Source of the DNA: Trichodelitschia bisporula
Taxonomy: Eukaryota
Length of the DNA: 42,719 bases
Reading direction: 5' to 3'
NCBI GenBank assembly: GCA_010356995.1
Contig: ML996699.1
Span: forward strand, 775,697-818,415
The notes below the pieces were generated by a model that was given only the letters and a program-made list of their open reading frames with translations, did not search any database and was not told the origin of the DNA. Below, one piece after another: positions 21,012 through 33,642 of this stretch. The translations under genes were made by a program, and so were the position numbers. Positions within the stretch are counted from its first letter, which is position 1, and every line of letters begins with the position of its first letter.

Positions 21012-22484
21012 CTATAGCCCCTGCTCCGCCCCCTCTACCTCCAAATCCTCCTCCCGCTTCGCAAACAGCGGCCCTCCAGTGACCGGCAACACGATCGGCA
21101 CGGCGACAGCCAACAATATCGCAAGCGCGGTGACCATAACCGGCCAACCATACTGGACACGAACCCACCCGGCTCCTATGGGACCAATTGCAAACCCTAT
21201 GCCCAGACCCGCATTGGTTAGACCGTAGGCCTGCGCAGCCGCGCCGTCCGGCCCGAATATACCCGGATTACGCTCCTCGATCGATTCAACGACAAGAGCA
21301 ACTTCGGCAGAGAAGGCGGGGAGGGCGACTGCAAAGGAGAGGCCGATCCACACGAGGAGGGTAATTAAAATGATATAGTCCTTTTGCGTATTCTCCGTAA
21401 CCAGGCGCATCAGCAGCAGGCCCGGGACGCCCATTACGAGTCCCGCCACAGCGGGCCACTTGGTGCCGAAGCGATCGGATAGGTTGCCGAAGAAAGGGGA
21501 CAGGAGGGAGGGAACAGTTAGGGCGATGAAGGTGAGCGAGACTTGCATGCTGTTGAAGGCGAAGAGCTCTTTGAGATAGACGGGGAGCACGCCGTCGAAG
21601 CCGACCATGAGTGAGTTCATGGTGCAGAAGCCGAACATGCTCATCAGGAAGCGAGGTGATTGCATGAGAACTACCATGGCGTTGCGCTGGACTGACGGGT
21701 GCGGAGCTTTTCCGAGGAGGGGAGTCGTCTCGGCGACGTTGTTGAAGACGGCGGCTGTCTCGTCGAATGTCTCGGAAGCGATGCTTGGTGTTCGGATCGG
21801 GTCGATGAGGAGGAGCCGGAGCACGATCTCTATGAGGACGAGAAGCACGGCCGGAGCGAAGACGGCGTAGTATCCGGCATGCTCGTATATGATCCCGCCG
21901 ACAATTGGACCAAGGAACCAGCCCAAGCTCAGTGATGTGGTGGTGAATCCCTAAATAGCGTATTTAGGCAAAAGTCCACTAGGAAAGGCAATGGGCATAC
22001 CAGCGCCCATCCAAGCTCACCGGCTTGGGTGAAATGATCGCTCACAATGGCATAGCCAAGAGTGAAGCAGACAGCTGTAGCGAAGCCTTGGAACGCACGA
22101 GCAATAATCATCGCTGCCAGTGATTTGACCAGCATAAATAAGATCGTCGCAGCACCCAGTAAGACGAGACCACAGATGAAAGGCCACCGCCTCGCCCGCC
22201 CGAGTGCATCCGAGACAGCTCCGAACACCACTACAAAGGTCAGATGGCAATACAAAAGCGCATCTACAGCACTTACAAGCGGCAGCGATCATAGAGCCGC
22301 CTAGCACTCCGAGCAGCATTGAGTTCCAGAATTGGATATCAGACTTTGGAACGCCAATGCGCTCCTCCAGCGCGAAAGGCGTCACCGGGACAAGCAACCC
22401 GTACACGAAGACATCTGTGAAGGTAGCGATGCTAACAACGATGAGAGCAAAGTCCTTCGAACTTCGAAGGTCGTATGCCCACAT
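21012..22484 (-). CDS. MFS transporter, vesicular amine transporter (SLC18)-like (introns 22276-22231, 22000-21951)
   Basis: ATFTDVFVYGLLVPVTPFALEER, motif A-like GAVSDALGRARR and GNLSDRFGTK, ARAFQG, GPIVGG and AQAYGLTN, with about 12 hydrophobic segments. Confidence 0.9.
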
Positions 22485-23172
22485 CTTGACGATAACTTGA
22501 GATGGGATGAATGGGGAGGAGCGAAGTATGTCACACAAAGCACGTCAACATCCCAAGTTGACGGACTCTCAACACTGGAACCATGTGCGGGGGGATTAGC
22601 GATTAGTGGGCCTCGCCTGATCCCGAATACGATGCTCGGCTCCGGAGGGCGAGGCACGCAGTAGCGGTGCATCGTGCAGGAACCTCAAGCTCTCCGGACT
22701 TTTCGAGATAGCAGCCGGGCGAATCAACATGCATGGGAGACCGTGTGCGCCTTCGTGCATTGCGCAGCTGGAGTGCGGGATGTCGACTTTTGACATTACT
22801 AGTCGTGCTAGTCTCCGATTTCGCGCCAGCGGCCACCCTGCATAAGAGCGGCTGGGTTGACGATTGAAGATGGGGATGACGATTAGCGAAGATTAGCGAT
22901 AGAGGTCTATCAATGACGCTCGCCGACAGGGCTTAACCATCTCCTGTCATCTCTAGCTTCGGAGCGATGTCCGTCGTCTGTCGTCTCGCTCCACATCAAT
23001 TTTGAGGAATCACTATCACGTGCAAGTACCTCAAGCTGAGTAGCCAATAAGCGCTTAGTGGGGCGAAAGCACTCGGCACGGACCGCATTGCCGAGACCGC
23101 CGGCGGGCACCGTAAACTTCTCGACGACGACAAGCCGAACAGCATCGCGAACCTGTTGTCGACTACAGGGAC

Positions 23173-23596
23173 ATGGCTAAGAAGGGTATGTTTTCTCTTC
23201 GTTGTCTCTAGCTCCGATTCCACTCTCAGTTTGCTAACCGTATCTCCCGCGCAGCGAAATCCCGCACCATCGCGGTGCGCCTCATCTCCATGGCCATGAC
23301 GGGCTTCTTCCGCACCGAAGTGCGTCCCAGAGCTTCGCGGCCGCTGAGCTATCGGAAATACGACCCCGTTGGTGCGTTCAAACTTTCCACTCTTCCCTTG
23401 GGCGTATTGTAGGCAGTTTCAGGCGGTTGGGACGAGCCGTGGGGTCAGAGACGAGCGCGAGACGTCGGAGAGCTCCAATGGACCGAACCTCGCGTGCACA
23501 ACTGGCATTGGCTTTGGGCACTGCGCGGAATAGTTGCTGACTTGCTGGTTAGTGCGGAAACAAGTTCTCTTCCTTGAACAAAAGCGTGGGAAATGA
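23173..23596 (+). CDS. MRPL39: Mitochondrial ribosomal protein bL33m, 57 aa (exons 23173-23185, 23255-23371, 23553-23596)
   Basis: Spliced [57 protein letters not shown], with the L33 signature KYDPVVRK.VLF.E. Absent from the ORF track. Confidence 0.92.
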
Positions 23597-24340
23597 GCGC
23601 CACTCGGTTTACTCGCATAATGTACCTTTTGCTCCCGCTGGCTCTGTTGTCGGTCTCACAGTGGCCTGCACATTGGTTCTAGATCATGGCGTTATCAAGA
23701 CTAAAGGAACGCTCCGATTTGATGGGTTATATGTACTTTTATCGTGCACATGAAGTATCAGTCTCCATGCGTGAGATTCGAGATTCTCTGATGCTGCTCC
23801 GGCCTTGAGATTAGGAGAATCTGCCTTGCGCCTCAGTGCATTTTGCGGGTTGAGTTCGAGGTCACTCGTGTTCTGTTGAGTCATTGATGCATGCACATAA
23901 GCTATCTATGCTTTGAATGTCAATGTTTAACGAACCTGGCAAACGAGCAGCTCCGTAGACTTCTCGTTCCGTCTAAATTTCCACTGCTGCAGCGGCTTCT
24001 AAATCGATCAAGGAGTCAATTCTGCATCGAAATGGCGCAACAAATGGTCGTCCGAGGTGCTACGGAATATATGGCGGAACGGACGTCAGGCTGAACACTG
24101 ATTCGCGCGCCTTGCTTCGTACCTTCCCCTCACCATGCCCAGGTGAACCTAGTTGGGACACCGCGATCCAAATTGTCACATCATTTACTATGTAGGGTTA
24201 TGTGGCTCCACAGTATCCAGACAACCAAACTCGACCTCAAAAACGTTTGTTTGAACCATTTGAGATAGCCACCCGTTTTTGCGACTTCCTACATATTCGA
24301 GAGAAATTGGAATACTCGGCGCAATCATCTTGCCACCGCC

Positions 24341-27193
24341 ATGCCGAAGAAGTCCTCCGCAAGCGGCCCAGAGTCCGAAGGCGTGGTAGTGACTGCCCAG
24401 CAAAGCCGCTTCCACACTGATGCCGTCGATGCGCCTGCCTCAAAAGAGATTCTTGTCAAAACACTGACCGTCAGCGTCGGCCAGCTCGAGCTGCTCAGCA
24501 ACGCCGAGCTCTTCCTTAAGGAAGGCGGACACTATGTCCTCGTGGGGAGAAACGGCACTGGCAAAAGTAGTAAGTAAGCCTTGTTTGCAGTGTATGTCGC
24601 AAGGTACATGGACCGCCTTGTTCGAGACGACGAAGCCAAGAAACTCCGTTCGGTTCGTGTGAAACTCGCATTCCTCGAAGCTGAGGTACAGCTGTACCTC
24701 GCGGGGCCGTTCCTCAACCTCGAGAAATGCGAGTTTCACACGGACCGAACGGAGTTCCTAGGCTTCATCGAATCGAACAAGGGAGTCCACGTCGCCCAAG
24801 TCAAATAGGCGTCAAGGCGCCGGCGTACAGGACGGCGGTACCGTGCTCGGCGGCTTTTCCAAGGGGCATCGCCTCGGCGAGGCAGATCTTATGGAAGGGC
24901 CCGAAGCTCTTCTTGAAGGCCATCGTCTTCCAGCTGAGGTCCAGCGTTGGGCTGTGTTCCTGGGGGCCGTGCTGAGCCAGCCCTGCTGAATCTGCCTTCG
25001 AGCAGAAGTCCGCGAAGTCCTTTGTACTGTCCTTGCTGCGGCCGTCAACGTTCCATTTTGAGAAAGCCAGCTCGAGGCTGACACTGTTAGCGCTGCTTCG
25101 CGCGATTGCCGACAAAAGGGTGCCCGGCATACCGTGGAGCCTTAACGTTTTGCTTCTGGGACAGACGCGCGAGTTAACGCTGGACGAAGAAGTCGACGGG
25201 TTGAGCGTCCAGGATGAAACGGTGCTGGAGCACGTTATGCGCAGCAACAAAGCGCGCGACAGGTACCTCCGCGAGGCTAGCAGTGAGTAAGCAAGTACCG
25301 TGAGCTCCCCGATCTTAAGCAGTAAACAGTCCTGTCTGCGGCCCTGGATCAGCAAAATGACCCAGCTGCTCCCGTGAGAGCGTACCGGCAGCTCAGTCAC
25401 GAGAGATTAGAGCAGAAGCTGCGCGAGAGCCAGCTAATTGCGACTCGGAGAAGCGGTGCTCGCGGGGCAAAGGCGAGAAAGGTCTTGATTGCCGTTGAGG
25501 AGGAATTTGCTGCTTCGCAAGAACGGTATACCACCGCCAGCTGCTTCGGATTCTAGCTGACCTTTAGCCTGACGCGCAATCTGAGTGAAATTGAGCCTAT
25601 GGAGCTTAGTAGTGATACGCAGGCGGCGGCAGAGATGCTTGGTGATATCCATTCCGCCCTGGAGATGGTGAGTCAATGCGAGAGTACCGCCAAACCGCTA
25701 ATAGAGTCAAGATGAACGCTAGCGAGGCCGAAGCAGACGCAAGAGTTGTGCTCCGCGGCCTTGGATTCACAGATGAGCAGATTGACGCCCCAATGTCGAA
25801 GCTCTCCGGCGGCTGGAGGACACGGTGTGATCTGGCCTGTGCCCTCTGCCAGCAAGCAGACGTGTTATTTTTGGACGAGCCGTCAAATTTTCTGGACTTA
25901 CCGGCCATCATCTGGCTGCAGAACTACATCTGCGCACTAGAAAAGACGACAGTGGTTGTTGTAACCCATGACCGTGACTTTGCGGACGCAGTCGCCGATG
26001 AGTTGCTCCTTCTACGACACCAAAAGCTCGAGCATTTCCGTGGCAACCTCTCGCTGTACGAAAGCGAACGCCTGAAGAAGGTCAAGTGGATGACGACGAT
26101 GAAGGAGGCCCAAGAGAAACAGACTAAGCACATGGAACAGACAATCAAGAACAGCATCGACGCGGCGAAGCGAACCGGCGACGACAAGAAACTAAAGCAA
26201 GCTGCATCTCGGCGCAAAAAGCTTGAAGAGCGCACGGGGCTTGAAGTCAACGCCAAAGGTGGACGGTTCAAGCTGAATAGGGACCGGGCGGGCTGGCACC
26301 TGTCGAACAGGGCAGAGATCGAAATCCCGGACTTTGACCCTATCGTGCGGATCAAGATTCCGTGCACACCTCCAGATCTGAGGTTCCCTGGGGCTTTGGT
26401 GTCACTGGAAGGCGTTTGCTTCTCGTATCCGGGACGGAAGAGCCCGGAAATCCTGAAAGACGTCAACCTGACTATTCACCCTGGGGAGCGGGTGGGCATC
26501 TGCGGGCTTAACGGTAGCGGCAAGACCACACTGATATCTCTAATCATTGGGTCCGGCGAGGAAGGCGGTTACACTCCCAAGAAAGGGACGATTACCCGGC
26601 ATTCGCGTGCCAGATTCGCCCGTTTTTCGCAGCCGTCAGTTGAGGAGCTCGAGGCCTTTGGTGTGGCGAACAAGACAGCCACTGCACTCGGTCACCTACT
26701 GGATATCTCAGAAGGCCAGTTAGATGAAAAAGAAGCACGCCAGATATTGGGTTCTCTCGGTCTTCAGGGCCGGGTGGTTTCAGATGTGCCAATATCTGCG
26801 CTGTCCGGTGGCCAAAAGGTCCGGCTCGCGCTCGCAAAGGTGGTGTGGTCTCCGCCGCATCTGCTAGTGTTGGACGAAGTGACCACGCATCTCGACTCGG
26901 ATACCATCTTGGGTTTGATACTCGCGCTGCGAGAGTACGAGGGAGCTCTGCTTGTTGTAACGCACGACCGCTTCTTCATGCGCTGTATCGTGGAGGGGGA
27001 GAGTCCGGCGAAGCGGATCCGGGGAGTAGAGGAGGAGGAGGAGGACTGTGATGAGGAGGAGGACGAAGAGGGGCCAGCACGCAAGGGGGTGGTGTACCGG
27101 CTGTTCAAGAGCCAGCTGAAGCGGCTGGAGGGTGGAATGGACGAGTATACACGGCGGTGCGAGGCACGAGCTAAGCGGGCAGCGCGGGTGTAG
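24341..27193 (+). CDS. ABC-F family soluble double-ATPase (four introns; first intron 24570-25090)
   Basis: NBD1 reads GRNGTGKS|TLL, LSGGWRTR, FLDEPSNFLD. NBD2 reads GLNGSGKTT, LSGGQKVR, LDEVTTHLD. There are no transmembrane domains. Confidence 0.92.
24607..24791. repeat. Inverted repeat with 86-bp arms (24607-24692, 24706-24791)
   Basis: Hand alignment gives 72/86 complementary positions, no gaps, and a 13-nt loop. Confidence 0.92.
24607..25035. mobile_element. Rearranged Ty3/gypsy pol (RT) fragments within ABC-F intron 1
   Basis: Plus strand LNLEKCEFHTDRTEFLGFIESNKGVHV and minus strand LYLSFEECEFHTNRTEFLGFVVSNKAVH match the RT C-terminal KCEF...FLG motif. Minus strand KDFADFCSKADSAGLAQHGPQEH...FGPFHK matches the region preceding RT. 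Confidence 0.85.
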
Positions 27194-27792
27194 CATCTGC
27201 CGTGAGGGTGGTGTTGAAAAGGGGGATCGTTGCGATGATCATAACGCATGTGTATAGCTCTTTGTTCTGCAAGGTGCTTGGATGCTGTAAAAAGTGTACT
27301 GCATCTCCAAGCAAAACTTCAAGAGCCGACGTCGTCATCATGATTCCATCCTCAGGCGTCATCAGGCTGAAATGAGGGTCTAGGCGTTAGGGGCATTCTG
27401 TGGCTGATGGTGTGCATCATGGCGTTGTGGCTTGAACGGGATGTAATTTACGAGAGAAGCTTAAGTGACCCTGTATTGAATGGTTGCTCGTCTGCTCCAT
27501 CTCTCATAGAGCATCGTGCCTCTTCTCCTCTCCTCTTCAATCCCCATCTCTCTTCTTCCCCCAACTCTTTTTCCCTCCTTCCTGTTCTGTATCCTAAGCT
27601 TCGTCCTCTCGTTCTCCATCTTTCTGTGCCATTGGATATGATTTCTGCCCTGCGACTCCCTCGAACCGCTGCTTGCGACAGCTCCAGTGCCGCGGCAGTG
27701 CGCGTTTCGCCGTAAAGCCTTACGCTCCTTCCCACCCAGCTTTCCCCTCACCAACTTATTCTTCCTCAAATTCGGAAGCTCCGTATCTCATC

Positions 27793-29600
27793 ATGGAGGA
27801 CGGGTCCGCTTCGACGCCCCAGTCCGCCTCCGAGCAGCCGACTACAAAGCCGTCTGCAACTAAGGACAGGGCCTGCCCCTTCTGCCACCAGGCCTTCACC
27901 TCCTCCTCCCTCGGCCGCCATCTGGACCTGTATATCAAGGAGAAGAACCCCAAGCCGCCAGACGGCCTTCACGATGTCGACCGAATCCGCCAAATGCGCG
28001 GGAGCATCACCCGCCGCCAGTCTCGCGTCGCAAACCTCAGGCGGACTATGTCCGCCTCGTCGCCGTCCGCTACGCCGTCCAAAATGGAGGATGGCGTCTC
28101 GCGTGCGGCCGCTTCGCCGAATGCGGGGGATCGGTTGACGGAGTCTATGGGGGCTGCTATCAACCGCCCAAGCTGGACCGTCACGGGCGTTATGAATGAC
28201 CTCCCCCCGCGCGCACCGGTGAAGATTGTGCCGGCTGAGCAGGGTGCTGAAGCTTCGAGGCACTTGCAGCTCAAGGCCGGCTTGGACCAGCGGCAGAAGC
28301 TTGCTCAGGAGCTAGATAATGGCAAGGCTGCAGCGCTGGCGCTGAGGGAGGTCGTGAGCAGTCTGCGAGAAGCTAGGTGTGTGTTAGGTGGTTTGCGGTG
28401 CGCTCATAACGGAAGGCTAACTAACTATGCAGCTCGCGATTGACCGGCCGTCCCCTTTTCGATTTCAATCCCTTCACCCTCAATTTCCCCGCCCTCTGCC
28501 TCCACATACTTCCACCACCTACAACCCTCTTCTCTCCAAGTCCGTTCTCGACAGATGATTCCTGGCCCGTGACACTGCCGGGCGAGCAACAATACGCGGC
28601 TATACATCGTGCTGTGCAGGAGCGTATGCAGGCTGCGAATCGGCAAAATGCTGTGAATCCCTTGCCGCCCGACTACGAGTACCAACGACTGACCACTCAT
28701 ATCGACGACTCCTTCCGCCACTGGCAGAACCTCCCAGAGAGCAGGCAGCAGGAGGTATGGGTGCTAGAGATCTTACGCCTCTACGCCGGAGCCAAAGACG
28801 CCCACAAGCAAGCCCAGGACACAATCACAGCCCTACGCTCCGAAATCGCGCAGCTCCAAAAACGCCTCGAAGAGTCCCACGGCGCATGGAACGGCGCCGC
28901 AGACGGGCACGTCCTCGCCCCCTCAGCCTACTCGCAAATCTCCCCCCTCCGCCTATCCAATGAACTCGTCACCGAGCTAGTAAAACAAGACCTAGACATC
29001 CAATACTCCTCCATAGACCGGCTAATGGACAAATGGCGCACCGTCGTGCGCGACGAGCGCAACGCCTCCAACGGCCTCGGCCGCCAACGCCCCCTCCCCG
29101 CCCCCCTCCACCACAACCGGCAACCCTCCGACAACCCCTCCCTCCCCGCGCCCTCAACCCAAACCTCCCGCAACGGCAGTACCGCGAGCGCAATGTCCAT
29201 CACGCGGCCGCAGCACAGCTCCGCAGAGCCAGGCTCGCACGCCGATGGCGACGGCGACGACGACGCAGACGCGGATGCTGATGCTGATGTAGAAGACGCG
29301 CCGGAGCAGGTCGTCCCGCGGCAGGAGTACCGGCGCTTGCGGCCGGCGGTACCGCCTCAGATGGCGCAGATGCAACATGCGCAGCACCGGCATGCGCCAA
29401 AGCCGGATCCGCCGCCGGATCCGCACCAGCATGCCCATGCCCTCCAGCAGCAGTATCATATCCAGCAGCGTCACTTCATGCCCGCAGGTCCGGGCGGGTT
29501 TGGGGGGCATGGCCACATGGGGAGGACGGGACCGCGGGGCGGGCAGCAGATGGAAAAGCTCGAGGGGCCTGTGGCGGGATATTCTGGCGGGAGTCATTGA
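27793..29600 (+). CDS. Conserved fungal hypothetical protein with N-terminal atypical zinc-finger-like motif and coiled coil (intron 28377-28432)
   Basis: KDRACPFCHQAFTSSSLGRHLDLYIKEKNPKPPDGLHDV. Exon 2 contains FDFNPFTLNFPALCLHILPPPTTLFS and WVLEILR, with an acidic and His/Gln-rich tail. Confidence 0.85.
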
Positions 29601-29840
29601 TGCAGTTTAGGAGTTAGGGGCTGAGAGTAGGTGTTTTATTTTGCGGCTAAAATCTTTTTTTTGGAGCAGCTGTTGGTTGAAGCTGCGAGCGGGCGGGAGT
29701 CATGCCCCTAAGCCGGTGCTAGATCCTCAGACGAGGCTTACACATTGTAGACGAGATATCAAAATACATGGATCAACATTCGCGACGGTTGACGTCGCGC
29801 CAGACACCCCATTCGCCAAAGATGCACGTGCAACTGTCCC

Positions 29841-31700
29841 TCAGAGGGTGATGACACTCGCCTCGAGCACGCCCTCGTCGCCAATAAGGCTCTGTACTGT
29901 CGCCTCGTCAATCGTCTTGTCTACACCCAAGATCATAAGCGCCTCATCATTGCCATCTCCAGGCGCACTATGCTCCAACGGCGCCACGCTCATGAAGCTG
30001 ATGTTGACATTAGCTTTTCCGAGCTTCCCGCCTACGAACCCAATCCTGCCGCACGAATCAAAGTTGCGGCAAATGAGCAGATTCCCGCCGAGCTGGAAAT
30101 CCGCGCGGAAGCGGCCGATGCGCGAAATGTACGGCGTGTTGGCACTGACATACCCCTGGATGATCTGGTCGCGAACTGGCGGGGGTCCGCCCGCGGCAGC
30201 AGCGGCAGCTTGTTCGCGGGCGTGGCTTGCAGAGCGCGAGATGCGCGCACGGAGCGTGACGAAGCTGCTGAAGCCTTCTTCTTCGTTTTCACGACTGCGC
30301 TGTTCGTTGATCAGGATGCCACGCTCTTTGGCGACGAGCTCGGCGTTCACGAGGTTAACGGTCACGTCCTCGGGCGCGCTGATAGGGGCGAGAAGACCCT
30401 TGACAAGCGCGGCGAAGAGCGGCTTCGTCGTATTCAGCGAGGCAAGCGAGCCTTCGTAGGTCAGGTCGAAGGTCGTACGGAAGTCCTTGCCACCGACGCG
30501 CAGATTCGACCCGTAGTGCTGCGTGTACAAGCTGCCCATGCGCTCGACGAGCAGCACGAACGGCTGCAGCGTGCGGTACTCCTCCGGCAGGATGAGCGGG
30601 GCGTTGACCGCGCTGCGGGGCAGGTTGCCCGCGAGAATTGAGATGACCTGCTCGCACACGTCGATGGAGACGTTCTCTTGCGCTTCAACCGTTGAGGCAC
30701 CCAGATGCGGCGTCGCTACCACCTTGGGGTGGCGGATGAGCTGCTCGGTCACGGAGTCGGGCTGGGGCGGCTCCGAGGCGAATACATCAAGCCCGGCACC
30801 GCCGATTTTGCCGGCGTTGAGCGCCTCGAGGAGTGCGGCTTCATCGATCATGCCGCCGCGAGCGACATTGAGGATGCGGGCAGTGGGCTTCATCTTCGCC
30901 AGCTCGGTGGCGCTGATCATGCCCTTAGTTGAGGCGATGAGGGGCGTGTGGATGGTGAAGAAGTCGGCTGCGGGGAGGAGTTCGTCGAGCGTGTCTTTGA
31001 GTGTGACGGAGGCGGCGGCTGCGAGGGCACGGTTTGCGTAGGGGTCGTAGGCGATGATGTTCATGCCGAACCCGTTGGCGATGCGGGCGACGGTGAGGCC
31101 GACTATGGGGATTAGCAGGTGGAGAGACGACGTAGCTGATGGAGAGAAACTTGGAATAGGAAAGCAACGGCGAATGCAGACTCACCCTTTCCAGCCCCGA
31201 CAATCGCCAGCGTCTTGCCCTTGAGCTCAACACCGACAAACTTGCTCCGCTCCCACTTCCCAGCCTTAAGGCTGGGGCATGCCTCGCCAATATGCCTCGC
31301 GACAGCCATCATCACTGGCACGTCAGTTCGCTCCACAGCATCCAGTGTACTCACAAGCAATAGTGTGCTCAGCAGCAGCGTTGATATTCCCCGACGGCGA
31401 ATTGACGACAATAACGCCTAGCTTCGTCGCTGCCGATACATCGACATTGTCGACACCAACGCCCGCCCGCGCCACCACCTTGAGCTTCTTTGCCGCATTG
31501 AGCACATCCGCTGTCACTTTGGTCTCGGAACGCACGATCAGGGCATCGTAATCAGGAATTATCTTGAGGAGCTCGTCGGCGGAAAGGCCGTGCTTCTCGT
31601 GGAGGTCGAGTCCTGCATCACGGAGAGCTTGTAGGCCGTCAGGCGACACCTTTTCAGGAATGAGCACCTTAGCGGGAGGAGCATTAGTGATGGACACCAT
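29841..31700 (-). CDS. SER3: D-3-phosphoglycerate dehydrogenase, long form with C-terminal ASB-like and ACT domains (introns 31354-31315, 31185-31103)
   Basis: ALIVRSETKVTA, VVARAGVGVDNVD, AAAEHT, GKTLAIVGAGK|VG, LNVARGG, TPHLGASTVEAQ and ACT-like GRIGFVGGKLGKANVNISFMSV. Confidence 0.93.
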
Positions 31701-32274
31701 TATGGGAGAAGGTGGTAAAGCTGTAGGGTGTTGCGAGTGGTGCTAGAACTAGAGGAGGGGATTGACGTCGCTGATGCTGAAGTGGTTCCGGGAAGGAGAG
31801 GCTGGAGGACTTAGAAGAAGCTGAGGAAAAGGCCATTGTGTCACTGCTGAATACACACCGCACGGGCGTTGCTTTTCATGTCCGCTATCGGCGAAATGCG
31901 AGGCGAACATACGAGTTGCACTTGCCTGATGCGTGTTACATTCACGCTGTTGAAAGCCAAGCTGGGATGTGGGGCGCGGGGGATGCGGGGAGACAGTCGT
32001 GCGGGGGAGCTAAGTGGCGTATTGTACTGCAACTCTACTACGCGCAACCAACCAGGCACAGATCTTCCAATATCTCACTGTGCGTAAGACTGGCCTAGCC
32101 ACCTCTAGCCAGCCTTCCCTGCATGACACCGCGTGAACTGCAGCATTTTTGCATGCCCCGCACCTCCAGACGCCCCCACTACATCTCCGTATTCGGTCAA
32201 AGGCTTGAGTAATGGTTTTTGCTTATTCCCTATTACGACTATGCTCCGTCAATTGGTCGGAAAAGAGTGGGTAT

Positions 32275-33457
32275 TCACCGGCCAGTAATCCCGCTCATCA
32301 CGTCGTGAGCCACAATTTCGACCCAGTAGCCATCCGGGTCTGTGGCGTCAGCTTTGCCTATCAATACCTGCAGGGAACATACCGAGAATGAAGGCAATAT
32401 TCTTCATCTTGCCGTCGGTGAGCCGCTTCTTAAAGGACACCTTCTTCTCGTCGAAGCGGGCACAGGCAGTCTCGATATTATCAACCGTCACGCAAATATG
32501 CCCGAACCCCTGGGGCTGCGCGTTGCCGTCGTGGTACTTGAAGTCGGCATCCTTTTCCGTACCGTGGTTCCATGTCAGCTCCAGCAACCCCTCACGGTCC
32601 GCCAGAGGGTTGACGCCGTTGGGCGACTTGTCGGGTGTTGGCGGTCCGTAGCCCAGGAAATAGAGGGTGAAGTCGCTACCTTGGGACGAGCGCTTCAGTT
32701 GCATACCCAGCACATCCTGATAGAAAGCAATGGACTTTTCGGCGTCCTTGACGCGGATCATGGTGTGGTTCTGTAGTGTCAGCATGCGCTGGGAGCGGTT
32801 CAACTTGTCTTACAAGACGGTAAGTGGACGGATCCGTCTCGCGGATGCTTGCCGTCTCTTCGAGCGGGTTCTGGGGGATGATTTCAACCCAGTAGCTATC
32901 GGGATCCTTGACGAAAGCGATATGCTTCATCCGGCCGTCAGTCAGCTTCTTTTGGAACGGGTAGCCCGCGTCCTCCAAACGCTGGCACGCCGCCTGGATA
33001 TTGTCCACGGATATGGCAATGTGACCAAAGCCGCGGAAGGGCTCAGTGTTGCCATTGACAATCTGATAGTCAGGGTCGTTCTCCGTCCCATGGTTATGAG
33101 TGAGTTCAAGGAAGACCGGAGAACTCTCGCCCGAATCGTATGCCAAAAAGTAGATGTCGAAATTGCCTCCTGGCATCTTGTTCACGAATTTGAGGCCGAA
33201 AAACTCATAGAACTTGAGCGAGCGCTGCGGGTCTTTGACTCGCAGCCTGTGGTGTTAGGACCATATGCAGATTGTTGAGAGGCTACCGACATTGTATGAT
33301 TGAACTTGTAGGTACTAGGATCGGTAGCCATTGCTGCGGTTGAGAAGGATGAAGTTCTGCAATTGAAACGTTTGAATAGGAAAGGCCTGAGAGGTCGGAT
33401 ACTGAGCGTGGGGCGGTGATGAGTAAAGAGGAAAGATGTGAAGCTCGGGATTGCCAT
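32275..33457 (-). CDS. GLO1: Glyoxalase I (lactoylglutathione lyase), two-domain fungal type (introns 33290-33247, 32813-32771, 32382-32340; second in-frame ATG at 33331)
   Basis: Duplicated motifs NHTMLRVKD/NHTMIRVKD, LELTHNHGTE/LELTWNHGTE, GFGHI and DPD.YWVEI. Confidence 0.95.
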
Positions 33458-33642
33458 CTGATATCCTCGGGCACGACCCCGCCTACTTCCTCATTTCATC
33501 ATCGAGCTTGCCCCACGTGCTGGTCATGGCGTCAACACGCATGCGCCACGAACCGCGCTAGCACCCAGCCACAACATCCATTGCCATCGTCACCCACGTC
33601 GCGCTCGCTTGCTCTCAGCTTTGGCAGAAGCCCGCCTTCACC

